Positions 1 through 10,683 are shown, counted from the stretch's first letter. The stretch is DNA of 64,000 bases from an uncultured Rivularia sp. (GCA_963665115.1 OY762007.1:4448001-4512000); one strand, 5' to 3'. Made by a program: numbers and translations. Notes: generated by a model from the letters alone, not told the origin.

Positions 1-381
1 AACGACTGACATAAAAACAAGAGACGGCCATTCCATTCTAGTTTCTACGATTAGATTATCTTGAATTTGATAATAGAAGAATTTTCCCGGAGTGAATTTA
101 TTTAAGTTAATACCCTTTGTATATATATTATTGATATCATCAGCATTTAAGGTTAAGGTTGAAGCTTGATTCTCTAATGCTGTTATAGAGAAATATTCAA
201 TCTTCTTCTTGGTTGCTAGATACTTCTGCTGCGAAGTCTTATGAATTGGAAATTCAACTAATATTTTTGGTTGGCTATTTCCCGATTTTATATCTTCGGT
301 TACTTTGCGTATATATAAAAAGTTAACTGCAAGAAATAAAAACGAGACGATACCTATAAATCGAATTGTAGACATTAACAT
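1..381 (-). CDS. Hypothetical protein with N-terminal hydrophobic helix, runs off the window edge
   Basis: Own translation: ATG at 381, MLMSTIRFIGIVSFLFLAVNFLY..., open to position 1. Confidence 0.55.
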   Translation of the reverse strand, partial: MLMSTIRFIGIVSFLFLAVNFLYIRKVTEDIKSGNSQPKILVEFPIHKTSQQKYLATKKKIEYFSITALENQASTLTLNADDINNIYTKGINLNKFTPGKFFYYQIQDNLIVETRMEWPSLVFMSVV

Positions 382-524
382 ATTTCTAATTTGCCCTGAA
401 GATTTGTAATTTAAAAAAAAATTGCTTAAACCAGGTAAGTTTAAAAAAATAGGATTATAACAAGTACTGTATAGTGGTTATAGCATGGATAAAAAGGACT
501 AAAGTCCTTACTACTAACCTATGT

Positions 525-2153
525 TTATAAATCAACCACCGATTCATCAGCAATAAAATCCTCTGCATCAAAATAATATTTTCCCTCAGCTTGAATAATC
601 CTTTCAAACAGTTGTGGAATTCCTTTTGCAATAACTTTGGTTTCTTCTGGTTTCAATATCCAAGTTTTCTGTTCAAATAATTTATTTCTATCTTCAACTA
701 AAACAGGTTTACCGACAACAATCCACCATTCATACCAAGTTTGATAATTTTCATCTCCAAAATTACCAATTTTTCGTTTTACGTTTCCAAATGCAATACA
801 GCGATTATCTTTCAGGTTGATAAAAATGGTAAAGAATGAATTAGTTTCTGTCATTTTAATTTTGCAGCGAATATAATTTTTAAGAGGTTTAATGTTCCAA
901 GAATATTCGGTATCAGCAAATAAAGTACCACCGTCAAATCTTTCTAAAATTTGAGTTAACTCTGCTGGTATTCCAAAAAATGGTCTTTTCTGGATATATT
1001 TATCAAAAGGTAAATTAAGCTGGTGTTCTTTTTCTAATTGATTTAATATCCCCACAAAACTATTTTGCTTTCTGACTCCCCAACCAATCTCTGGATGAAG
1101 ACAACCAGTTTGTTGATTTTGAGCAACTCCAATAAAACCCGCGATTAATTCTAATTGAGATTCTCCTTGAAGAGTATTTAACGTAAAAGAAGCTTGAGAA
1201 ATTCCATTGGGAAACATTCGTGGTGAAATTCCGTTAGCAATCGTCAATTCTTCGCGGGGTGTTTCTAAAATTGGATTTTTATATGTAGGAGAATTAGTAA
1301 TTTTCTCTTTTAAATAAGGAAACAAATCCGCCAACCAACCAGTAATCACCTCTCCGCCATATATTGCTTTGGGTTTACAGATGTGCTGCCAAAATTCTAA
1401 ATTAGGTTTACCAGCAACCGTTTCAATAATCCCGTCGCAAATTGGTAATAATCTTTTAGTCCACCAATGCAGATCGTATTCGCTTATGATTTCTACACGT
1501 TTCCGAATCTTCTTCCAATCATCAACGCTTCCCCGTACAATAATCCAAGGGATACCGCAAATTGCATATAGTTGATAATCGAAATACTGTTTTAAAGCAT
1601 CCATCATCACAACTTGACTGGCAGTGCGAATAATTGGGGTAGTTGTACTAAAATCGCACACCATCAAATCGGCAATATCGGATTTCACATTTTCATCAAT
1701 CTTCTTAGACCATAATTCCACAGCTTGCTGCCAATCTTGATTATCATTAAGCTTCTCCAGCACAACTTTCAATTCTCTCTTGCTTGAATGACTAACGAAT
1801 TGATATCGTAACCGTTCTGCATTATTATTGATATGTTGAGCAAAACCCTGAGCGATCGCCATCCAGATAGCGTCGGGAGTCAGCAATAAAGGACGATGCT
1901 CTGCAAAAGCTTGATGAACTGCATTTACAAGAGAATGTAAATTAAGCGTACTTTCAAAGTCATTCTCGTTAGATTGCTCGACAACTTGAAAATTATCACC
2001 GTGACTAAAAGCAATTAAACTAGAATCCAATCTTTCTTCTAACTGTTTGAAACAAGTTTGTAACGGTAAAAGGTTTTTAAAAACTTCTACGTCATCAACT
2101 TTAAAACATATTTCATCATGATTGTGATGCAATATTGACGCGATTTTATTCAT
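525..2153 (-). CDS. DUF4419-like protein with extra C-terminal domain
   Basis: AFAEHRPLLLTPDAIW, DFSTTT, CGIPWIIVRGSVDDW and ITGW motifs recalled for DUF4419. Confidence 0.65.
   Translation of the reverse strand: MNKIASILHHNHDEICFKVDDVEVFKNLLPLQTCFKQLEERLDSSLIAFSHGDNFQVVEQSNENDFESTLNLHSLVNAVHQAFAEHRPLLLTPDAIWMAIAQGFAQHINNNAERLRYQFVSHSSKRELKVVLEKLNDNQDWQQAVELWSKKIDENVKSDIADLMVCDFSTTTPIIRTASQVVMMDALKQYFDYQLYAICGIPWIIVRGSVDDWKKIRKRVEIISEYDLHWWTKRLLPICDGIIETVAGKPNLEFWQHICKPKAIYGGEVITGWLADLFPYLKEKITNSPTYKNPILETPREELTIANGISPRMFPNGISQASFTLNTLQGESQLELIAGFIGVAQNQQTGCLHPEIGWGVRKQNSFVGILNQLEKEHQLNLPFDKYIQKRPFFGIPAELTQILERFDGGTLFADTEYSWNIKPLKNYIRCKIKMTETNSFFTIFINLKDNRCIAFGNVKRKIGNFGDENYQTWYEWWIVVGKPVLVEDRNKLFEQKTWILKPEETKVIAKGIPQLFERIIQAEGKYYFDAEDFIADESVVDL
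1852..1859. repeat. HIP1 octamer GCGATCGC (first of many copies in the window)
   Basis: Palindromic octamer recurs throughout; hallmark of cyanobacterial genomes. Confidence 0.85.
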
Positions 2154-2364
2154 AGAATTTCCCTTGAAATAAAGGAACTCATTATAACTTCAATTCCTGT
2201 AACTGTAAGGTGCTGTGAGTAATAGAGTACGACACCATTATATTTTCCTTATTTCCTAACCTTTACTATTTCCGGATTTTGGTGCGTTACAACTATCTAC
2301 TAACACACCTTGCAAAATTAATGTTATAAATTGGCATTCTGTAAAATGGTGATTCAGCATAATT

Positions 2365-4053
2365 ATGAAAATCCACGACTATGTGAAAAATAGAGATATC
2401 AAAGAAGTTACACGATTAATAAAAAAAGGTGTTGATATTAATAATGTTGATAAACATTCATGTCAAACACCGTTGATGATAGCGGTAAGTAATCGGGATG
2501 TAAATATTGAGATGGTACGTTTCCTGGTTGAAAATGGAGCCGATATCAATGCAGTGGGAGGTAAATATAAAAGTACAGTCATAGATTTAGCAATTCAAGC
2601 AGGAAGTCTCGATAAAATTCGATTTTTATTAGATGCTGGTGTTGATATTAATTATCGAACATCTAATGGCTATGATGTTTTAATTCATGCCATGTGTGGA
2701 AGAGATATTAAACAAGATGAAAATCTTATCCCCATTTTAAATCTACTTATTGAAAGAGGTGTAGAAGTAGACGGTGTAAGTAGCTATAACGAATCTGCTC
2801 TTAAAATTGCTTATCGTAATCTAAGATTTGATGCTGTTAAATTATTATTGGATGCTGGTGCTGAGGAAAAACAATTACAATGGACGCATTTAATGGAAGC
2901 GGTGGCTTTCGGGAGTGTAGAAGAAGTAAAAATATTACTTGAAGAAGGTGCTGATATTTATCATATCGATTGCTGGAGTAGAAATGCTTTCTTCTTAAGT
3001 TTGCAGAATGGTGATATTGAAAAGGCTAAAATCTTATTATCCTTTACACCAAGTAGCGATGATGCTTCATTTTGGTGGAAATCTCCTATCTTCTACCCAA
3101 TACAATTTAATTACAGCAAAATCCTAGAATGGTTAATTTTAGAAGGATTTGATATTCAAGTAACTGATGACTGTTTGAATACTCCTTTAATTACAGCTGC
3201 TGAATATGGTGCTACAGATTGTGTCAGAATTTTACTTGAAGCTGGTGCTGATATAAGTAAAGTCGATAATTTTAATGAAAATGCAATAAGTAAAGCTGCT
3301 AATTTAGAAATCGTCAAAATGCTTCTTTGTGGAAGTGAAGATTTTAGCGATATTAGCACGGAGATACGAGTATCGCTGTTAGGTGTTGGTGAGGAAGAAT
3401 TACAGGAAGAAATAAAGCATATTAAAGATAAAACCGCAAAATTTCCTCGATTCGGAATCACAAATCCAGAAATTATAAGAAACGATTTCTGGGAAGCGAT
3501 GGTGCGTAGCGGTGTTGATGCTTCCACAGCTAGAAGCAATAACGATTTAGAATATACTTCTATATGGTGTTACCAAAGATTCGGAAGAACAACTACAATG
3601 TTACCCGATGGTAGAATTCTAGAAATTGCTGGGGAACATGAGGATTATTACGATCCAGATTTTCATATATATAATGATGTAGTTGTCTTCGATGGTAAAG
3701 GTAATTTTAAAATTTACGGTTATCCCAGCGATGTTTTCCCCCCAACCGATTTCCATTCAGCAACGTTGGTAGAAAATTACGTCTATATTATTGGAAGTAA
3801 TGGTTATCAAGATGCAATAATTCCCAATCAAACCCCCGTTTATCGATTAGATTGCAATACATTTCAAATACAAAACGTAAAAACCATCGGAGATAATCCC
3901 GGATGGATAAGTCAGCATAAAGCAAAATATCAACAACCATCTCAAATCTACATTACTGGCGGTAAAGTTTGTACTCAAGAAGGCTATATTGAAAACTCTA
4001 CCGACTACATTCTTAATTTAAATAGATTTGAATGGAATCAAGTTAACTCTTAA
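2365..4053 (+). CDS. Ankyrin-repeat protein with C-terminal beta-rich (Kelch-like) domain
   Basis: Repeated TPL..A....V..LL..GADIN motifs; C-terminal FHSATLV...YIIG and IYITGG. Confidence 0.85.
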   Translation: MKIHDYVKNRDIKEVTRLIKKGVDINNVDKHSCQTPLMIAVSNRDVNIEMVRFLVENGADINAVGGKYKSTVIDLAIQAGSLDKIRFLLDAGVDINYRTSNGYDVLIHAMCGRDIKQDENLIPILNLLIERGVEVDGVSSYNESALKIAYRNLRFDAVKLLLDAGAEEKQLQWTHLMEAVAFGSVEEVKILLEEGADIYHIDCWSRNAFFLSLQNGDIEKAKILLSFTPSSDDASFWWKSPIFYPIQFNYSKILEWLILEGFDIQVTDDCLNTPLITAAEYGATDCVRILLEAGADISKVDNFNENAISKAANLEIVKMLLCGSEDFSDISTEIRVSLLGVGEEELQEEIKHIKDKTAKFPRFGITNPEIIRNDFWEAMVRSGVDASTARSNNDLEYTSIWCYQRFGRTTTMLPDGRILEIAGEHEDYYDPDFHIYNDVVVFDGKGNFKIYGYPSDVFPPTDFHSATLVENYVYIIGSNGYQDAIIPNQTPVYRLDCNTFQIQNVKTIGDNPGWISQHKAKYQQPSQIYITGGKVCTQEGYIENSTDYILNLNRFEWNQVNS

Positions 4054-6356
4054 ACTAACCTTATCCCCTCTCCCCCGACAATTCCAATAATCTCAGCATC
4101 CTCATAACCCAACTCTTTCAATTTCTGCAAACAATCATCAGCTTTCTCAATAGAAACCGCAGCTAATAAACCACCGGAAGTTTGTGGATCGAATAATAAA
4201 GGATAATTACTATAAGATTCAAATTCTTCTAAATTCGTAATATAGCTCGAAGCTTTTAAATTCTCCGAATAAAGCGAACTAAAAATCTCCTTCTCAACAG
4301 TTTCTCTAGCACCATTCAAAATCGGAATTTTATTAAACTTCAACTCAACTCCGATTTGAGAAGCTTTTACCATTTCCGATAAATGCCCAATTAAACCAAA
4401 ACCCGTAATATCTGTACAAGCAGTTGCACTAAATTCCAAAAAACATTCAGCAGCAGCTTGATTTGATAACAACATTGATTTTATCGCATTATCGATCCAA
4501 CTTCCTTTAACTTGACGGCGCATTTCACCAGCAAATAAAACCCCCGTACCCAATGCTTTAGTCAAAATTAAAACTTCACCAACCTGCATTCCGCTTTTAC
4601 GTAAAAGTTGATTTTCATCAGCCAAACCGTTACAGGATAAGCCAAATGCTAATTTATCGCCTTGAATAGTATGCCCGCCAATCAAAGATACTCGTGCTTG
4701 ATTTAACTGTTTTACCGCACCAGACAATAATTGAAATAAAGTTTCCTCAACTGTGGAACTTTTTCCATAGGGGATAGTAGCCAAAGCCAAAACGCTAGTA
4801 GGAATAGCACCCATTGCAAAAATATCGCTTAAACAATGATTGACAGCAATTTGTGCAAAAATATAAGGGTCATTAATTAAACTAGTAAAATAATCAATCG
4901 TTTGTACCATCACCTTACCACTGGGTAGCTTCACCACAGCAGCATCATCCGGAGAATCCAAACCGATAATAATATCTTCCCCTTCCGTAATCGTTTGCGA
5001 TTCTCGAATTCTACCTAAAACCGTTTCTAAAACATTACCACCAACTTTAGAACCACATCCAGAGCAAGGAATTTGTAAATTTTGGATTTTGGATTTTGCG
5101 GAAAGTTTGGGGTGTAGATTCTCTTCCCCCAAAACTTTCCAAGACGGATTTTGGATTATTTGTCTGCCTTCCCATGCCCCATGCCCCATCCCCAATGCCC
5201 CAAGTTTACTAAAACGCTCCATAAACTTACAGTCAATCCGATCCTTCCATTGCCACAACAACTTACTAGGTGGTAAAGTCAACCATCCACGAGTTGCGAT
5301 CGCACTTCCATCTCCAGTACCTATCAAACTCAAATAATCTTTCTGCGGCACATACTTTTTGAGAGTTTTTCCTAGCAAGCTACGTTGTAAATTCTCAAAT
5401 AATGGTTTCCCCTGACGTACTGCAAATACCCCAGCTTTCGCACGGGGATGATTTTTCATCGTCGCAATATCCCCAGCAGCAAACACCTGTGGGTGCGATA
5501 ACGATTGCAAATTGTCGTTTACTAAAATAAATCCCCGCTCATCCGTACTAATTCCCGTTGATTCCAACCATTTCGGTGCAGATGCTTGCGTTACCCAAAA
5601 TATATAATTGCACTCAACTTTCAATCCCGATTCACATATAACAATATAATTTTCTATATCTCCTTCGGGTGCAACTTTGCATACTGTCTCACCCAAATGC
5701 ACGATTATACCGCGCTCAATTAGAATACGTCTCAAAAGATTTCCTAATAGAGGATTGGCATTAGGCATTAATCGCTTATCTTTTCCAAATAAATGAATTG
5801 TTAAATTTGGATGATATTGCTGCAAATTCCCCTGCATTGACAAGGCTAACTCTACACCGCCAGCACCACCACCAACAATTCCGATATTTACAGGTTTTTG
5901 GGGATTAGATGAAATTTTCTCAACCAATTCATACCAACTTTGCAGCAACTCCCCCACAGGTTTTGCTGGAATGGCATATTTTGTAGCACCCGGTACAGAA
6001 ATAGTTGCTGGAGTAGAGCCTATATCAATCGATAATAAATCAAAACTGACATCAGGACGATTTGCACAAATAACTCGATTATTTTCCAAATCAATACCAG
6101 TTATAAAATCTATATATAGTTGTGCTTGAGCAAAATTAGCCAACTTCCGCAAATCGATATGACAATCATCATGAGTATAAAATCCAGCAATATGTCCTGG
6201 TAGCATTCCTGAATAAGGAGTATCTCCATTCGCCGTAATTAAAGTTATCCTGACTCCCGGCAAACAATTCATACCAAACATCTTCAGCGCGATGGCATGA
6301 GAATGTCCCCCACCAACCAACACTAGGTCTTTGACAAAAGGCTGTATATTTTGCAT
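4050..6356 (-). CDS. selD: Selenide,water dikinase (SelD) fused to an N-terminal FAD-dependent pyridine nucleotide-disulfide oxidoreductase domain
   Basis: GGGHSH, GGGAGG and FAAGD in the N-domain; CSGCGSKV, DDAAV, DITGFGL and DPQTSGGLL in the SelD domain. Confidence 0.9.
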   Translation of the reverse strand: MQNIQPFVKDLVLVGGGHSHAIALKMFGMNCLPGVRITLITANGDTPYSGMLPGHIAGFYTHDDCHIDLRKLANFAQAQLYIDFITGIDLENNRVICANRPDVSFDLLSIDIGSTPATISVPGATKYAIPAKPVGELLQSWYELVEKISSNPQKPVNIGIVGGGAGGVELALSMQGNLQQYHPNLTIHLFGKDKRLMPNANPLLGNLLRRILIERGIIVHLGETVCKVAPEGDIENYIVICESGLKVECNYIFWVTQASAPKWLESTGISTDERGFILVNDNLQSLSHPQVFAAGDIATMKNHPRAKAGVFAVRQGKPLFENLQRSLLGKTLKKYVPQKDYLSLIGTGDGSAIATRGWLTLPPSKLLWQWKDRIDCKFMERFSKLGALGMGHGAWEGRQIIQNPSWKVLGEENLHPKLSAKSKIQNLQIPCSGCGSKVGGNVLETVLGRIRESQTITEGEDIIIGLDSPDDAAVVKLPSGKVMVQTIDYFTSLINDPYIFAQIAVNHCLSDIFAMGAIPTSVLALATIPYGKSSTVEETLFQLLSGAVKQLNQARVSLIGGHTIQGDKLAFGLSCNGLADENQLLRKSGMQVGEVLILTKALGTGVLFAGEMRRQVKGSWIDNAIKSMLLSNQAAAECFLEFSATACTDITGFGLIGHLSEMVKASQIGVELKFNKIPILNGARETVEKEIFSSLYSENLKASSYITNLEEFESYSNYPLLFDPQTSGGLLAAVSIEKADDCLQKLKELGYEDAEIIGIVGGEGIRLV

Positions 6357-6391
6357 CTAGCGATTTTAGATTTTTAGATTTTGGATTAGCG

Positions 6392-6670
6392 AGAGTAGCA
6401 AGTAGCAAGTAGTGAGTAGTAAGTAGTAAGTAGTAAGTAAAGAATGATGATGGAGTGATGGAATAAAAGTTATTTCTTCATCCCCTTGTCTCCCCCTTCG
6501 GGTATCTCCTATGTCCTTCAGACAAGCTGCGCTAACGGAGACGCTGAGCCGCACGCTCCGCGTGAACGCTAACACCACTTTGCTCAACGGAGGGAACCTC
6601 CGCACGCAAGTGGATTCACCATCCCCTTGTCCCCTTCTGCCCCTCTTCCCCCTCTCCCCATCTCCCTTCT
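6392..6670. repeat. STRR heptamer tract plus nested short dispersed repeats
   Basis: AGTAAGT-like and TCCCCTT-like runs; hairpin CGGAGGGAACCTCCG; 28-mer at 6510-6537 that recurs at 60635-60662. Confidence 0.7.
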
Positions 6671-6842
6671 CTTTCTAATCTTTATATATTTTGCTTTATA
6701 AAATACATATATTAAGTAATAAGAGTGTTTATTGTAGTAAATATAAAACTAACATCGGACCTATTATGTAGTTTATAAAACAATAAAAAAAGCCAAACGT
6801 GTTACGAAAACTTTGCGATTGTATATTTATTCAGCAATAAAA

Positions 6843-7514
6843 ATGAATTTTTCCAAGCATGAAAATTTAAATAGACTTCTCAAAAATGCCATACAGCAAA
6901 TAAACGCATCTGAAATAGAACAGAGATTAATAGCTCTCATAAATCTAGAAAAAATAGCTATTGAATATCCCGATGAATGCGATAATTTGATTCAAATTAT
7001 TACTAACTTTATAAAACAAAAAAGATCGTTTGAATTCTTAAATGATTCTGAAATCAGTCCCATAAGCGAAATTAATCTTGATATTCAAGTTGCTTTAAAT
7101 ATCATAACTAATCCGGATATCGATGGATACTTGCGTAGAGATAAGTTTGACTTAAGTTATATAGACATTAGAGGTGCAAATCTTTGTGGGGCAAATTTAA
7201 AAAAAATTAATCTACAACGATCGATTCTTTATCGAGCAAACTTAATTGACGCAAACCTAGAAAATGCTAATTTAAATGGTGCAGTATTAAGTGCAGCTAA
7301 TTTAAAAGGTGCAAATCTTGCTTACGCTAACTTATGTGGTGCTATATTGAATGCAGCAAATCTTTATGAAACAAATCTTACCCATACTGATTTGCGTTGT
7401 GCTAACTTGTTTTTAGCGAATTTGCAGAAAGCAAATCTCAGGGGTGCTAACTTGGATGGAGCTAATTTAAGAGAAGCCGAATTTAGCGGTAATAAGGCTA
7501 CTCCTGAAGCTTAA
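6843..7514 (+). CDS. Pentapeptide-repeat protein
   Basis: A(N/D)LxxA(N/D)L repeats fill the C-terminal half; ATG at 6843 preferred over TTG 6813. Confidence 0.9.
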   Translation: MNFSKHENLNRLLKNAIQQINASEIEQRLIALINLEKIAIEYPDECDNLIQIITNFIKQKRSFEFLNDSEISPISEINLDIQVALNIITNPDIDGYLRRDKFDLSYIDIRGANLCGANLKKINLQRSILYRANLIDANLENANLNGAVLSAANLKGANLAYANLCGAILNAANLYETNLTHTDLRCANLFLANLQKANLRGANLDGANLREAEFSGNKATPEA

Positions 7515-7770
7515 AATTAAAATCGTAGTATTTACATTTATTATAAAAAGAGGGTGTTTCTACATCACTCTCTGGGGGTCATCTACGTAATAGTACCGTG
7601 CCGTAGAATATAACTTTAGCATTATATTAGAGACAATCTACTAGCTGTCTACGGGCATTACAGATTGCAACTGCAACTTTCGACAGATATTGCATTTTTT
7701 TGACAAATGGTATACTCTTTAATCCCAATCATATCGGTAATAATTCTGTGTTGTGAGGAATACTGATTCT

Positions 7771-9114
7771 ATGTCTGCTAAAAACACAGACGCATTAACG
7801 AATTGGTTAATAGGAATAACAATCTTTTTTTCTGTTTCACCAATTCTGATTTTCACAGCGATTTCAAAAATAGAAGGATTGCCAAATGAAGACAGAATCG
7901 AATACAAAAGTCAAGGCTTAATGACTTCTGCTGGATTGTTTCTTGGATTGGCAATAATTATCAATGCTTATTATGGGGGCAAGCGTGCCGTATTATTAGA
8001 AAAAAGCTTATTAGCAGCTCAGAAAGATAATCGAATAAATCAAAAAAATATAGAACTCAACGAGCAAAAGCTGGTAGCTGAACGTTTAATGAGCGCAATT
8101 ACCCAACTTGGGCACGATAGTGTTGCGACTCGCACCGGAGCTATTTATGTTTTAGAAAGAGTTGCTCAAGACTCTCCTCAAGAGTATTGGACAATTATGG
8201 AAATTCTGACAGCTTTTGTCAGAGAAAATGGTGTTATCCCGAAATTTACAAAATCTCAGGCAGGCACCCAACAAGAAATTAAAGTTCCTACAGATATTCA
8301 AGCAGCAGTAACTGTAATTGGTAGACGAGATACTTCTCACGATCCATTAGATAAGAAAATTGATTTAAGGAATGCTCAACTTAGGGGAGTAGATTTTAGT
8401 AATGCGAACCTACAACGAGCAAATTTAAGCAATTCGGACTTGTGTGGAGCTTGTTTGCAGGGTACCGATCTTTTGAAAGCCAATCTCGATGGTGCTAAAC
8501 TCGCGCAGTGCAATCTTTATCAAGTTAACCTACAAGAAGCAAGCCTCCGTCGTGCCAATTTAGCGGGTTCGATTGCTAACAAAGGTTTGTTTTATGGTGC
8601 AAATCTCCGAGATGCCAACTTGGTGGGAGCTTCATTACGAGGAGCCAATTTGATGGGAGCTAACCTTTACAAAGCTAATTTGATGGGAGCTAACCTCAAA
8701 GCAGCTAATTTAGCAGGAGCAAAACTGTTTCTGGCAAACTTACAGTCTGCAAAGCTTGACAAAGCAAAAATGTACGAAGCTGGTTTAATTGGAGCCAATT
8801 TGCAGCAAGCCAACCTTAATGGAGCCAACTTGCGACAAGCAAATCTTAATGCAGCTAAACTTCAACAAGCAGAAGTATTTTTTGCTAACTTCTCAGGAGC
8901 TTCCTTAAGAGAAACCGATCTTTCAGGAGCAAACCTCATGGGAAGCGATTTTCAGTCATGCATTTTATATGAAACTAACCTTAGTGGAGCTAATTTAACA
9001 GCTGCAAACCTTTCTTTAACTGACTGCTACGACGTAAACCTTGAAGGAACAATCCTTAAAGGAGCCAAAAATATGCAACCGCAATTGCAAAAAATGGCTA
9101 TGGGCAAATATTGA
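7771..9114 (+). CDS. Pentapeptide-repeat membrane protein
   Basis: Two N-terminal hydrophobic helices, RTGAIYVLERVA / LTAFVRE / DIQAAVTVI domain, long pentapeptide tract. Confidence 0.9.
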   Translation: MSAKNTDALTNWLIGITIFFSVSPILIFTAISKIEGLPNEDRIEYKSQGLMTSAGLFLGLAIIINAYYGGKRAVLLEKSLLAAQKDNRINQKNIELNEQKLVAERLMSAITQLGHDSVATRTGAIYVLERVAQDSPQEYWTIMEILTAFVRENGVIPKFTKSQAGTQQEIKVPTDIQAAVTVIGRRDTSHDPLDKKIDLRNAQLRGVDFSNANLQRANLSNSDLCGACLQGTDLLKANLDGAKLAQCNLYQVNLQEASLRRANLAGSIANKGLFYGANLRDANLVGASLRGANLMGANLYKANLMGANLKAANLAGAKLFLANLQSAKLDKAKMYEAGLIGANLQQANLNGANLRQANLNAAKLQQAEVFFANFSGASLRETDLSGANLMGSDFQSCILYETNLSGANLTAANLSLTDCYDVNLEGTILKGAKNMQPQLQKMAMGKY

Positions 9115-9333
9115 GCTAATCGTTTTCGATCAACAGCATCCATCTACCACTTCTTAAAACATCATTTGACGCTTACGTTTAGGTTTAATTCGTTTTAACT
9201 ACCAGGGTGCTTGCCACCATTCGTGCTTACCTTCTTGAAATCGAAATTAATCGGATTTTATTTTGAGGCTTCTCTTCATTAAGATAATGTATTGGGGATT
9301 AGGCATTGGGAAAAGAATTGCTAACTCCTAATA

Positions 9334-9440
9334 ACTCACTACTCACTACTCACTACTCACTACTCATTACTTACTACTCACTACTCACTACTCACTACTC
9401 ACTACTCACTACTCACTACTCATTACTCATTACTTACTAC
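9334..9440. repeat. STRR-type heptamer tandem repeat (ACTCACT)n
   Basis: Direct tandem heptamers with no spacers. Confidence 0.9.
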
Positions 9441-9449
9441 TCCTAACTC

Positions 9450-9710
9450 TCAAAAAGTTATGCCATGCTCGTAATCCCAGCATTTATTATCTTCCCAGGT
9501 TCTATTAGTATGCTTGCATTCGGATTCTTTGTGAATCCAAGGAATTGATGTAGGAAATATTGAAGCAGGTTTTAAAAACAAAGATACTATAGAGTTTACG
9601 GTGCAAGAACCACAAACTATAAATAAAGTCAGAATTACAGTACTAAATGCAATTCTACTAGGAGTCCAAAAAGAAATATTTGTTCCGGGAGCTTGGATTC
9701 TAGAGCGCAT
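9450..9710 (-). CDS. Small hypothetical membrane/secreted protein
   Basis: 86 aa ORF, hydrophobic helix, PWI...EC....W....CW tail; AGGA upstream of the ATG. Confidence 0.55.
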   Translation of the reverse strand: MRSRIQAPGTNISFWTPSRIAFSTVILTLFIVCGSCTVNSIVSLFLKPASIFPTSIPWIHKESECKHTNRTWEDNKCWDYEHGITF

Positions 9711-10080
9711 ATTAATTCCTAATTTGAAAATTTATAGATCTACTAAATGATGTTAAATTGGGCGATCGAAACCCCGTCAGGGGAGATTTTTCCTGCGCCA
9801 CAATATTTTTGAACAAAGTAAAGTAAACGCTTTTTTAAAAGATTTCGCTGATTATTTGTCAATATTGACATAACCTTTTCCATAATTGAAAGGTCTTGTC
9901 CGTAGTTTTTACTAAATAAAAATACTTATTATTCTTTTTTTAAAGATTAATCTTTAGACTCTACACAATTTAGGTATATCTATGTTATATGAAAAAAATT
10001 GTATACATACAGCCGCAAAGATACTACTTTAATTAAATATGAAGTAGTTTTCTTCTCGGTAGATACCGGGATATATATGC

Positions 10081-10683
10081 ATGATTGACCTTTATACATT
10101 TACCACACCAAACGGACGTAAAGCTTCCGTAATGTTGGAAGAGATTGAACTTCCTTATAACGTTCATACAATTGATATCCGTAAAGACGACCAATTTACA
10201 CCAGAATACGTAGCAATTAATCCCAACAGTAAAATACCCGCCATCGTCGATAAAGATACTGACATAACTGTATTTGAATCAGGTGCAATCCTCATGTACT
10301 TAGCTGATAAAACAGGTAAATTATTACCCACAGAGCAAAAAGCCCGCTATCAAGTAATAGAATGGTTAATGCTGCAAATGGGTAGCATAGGACCGATGTT
10401 CGGACAATTCAACCACTTCAACAAACACGCTTCCGAAAAGATTCCCTACGCTATTGAACGTTACAAAAAAGAAACCATCCGACTCTACGGAGTATTAGAC
10501 AAACAGCTTGCAGACAAAGAATATATTTGTGGTGACTACTCCATAGCCGACATTGCAACATTTCCCTGGATAACAATCTACGAAATCCAAGAAATGACAC
10601 TCGATAACCATCCCAACTTAAAAAGATGGCATGACACCGTGTCAAATCGTCCAGCAGTGCAGCGGGGGATGAAGGTTCCGTAA
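10081..10683 (+). CDS. Glutathione S-transferase (YfcG-like)
   Basis: TPNG N-terminal motif, INPNSKIPAI, FESGAI, YSIADIA. Confidence 0.9.
   Translation: MIDLYTFTTPNGRKASVMLEEIELPYNVHTIDIRKDDQFTPEYVAINPNSKIPAIVDKDTDITVFESGAILMYLADKTGKLLPTEQKARYQVIEWLMLQMGSIGPMFGQFNHFNKHASEKIPYAIERYKKETIRLYGVLDKQLADKEYICGDYSIADIATFPWITIYEIQEMTLDNHPNLKRWHDTVSNRPAVQRGMKVP

Noticed and set aside
4050..6356. Selenocysteine recoding in selD
   Set aside because: No in-frame TGA; the active-site residue is Cys
9334..9440. Tandem repeat tracts (also 10742, 18032, 49140) as CRISPR arrays or coding regions
   Set aside because: Pure heptamer STRRs without spacers; ORFs across them (e.g. 6366-6605, 10690-10878, 17890-18216) are low-complexity artefacts
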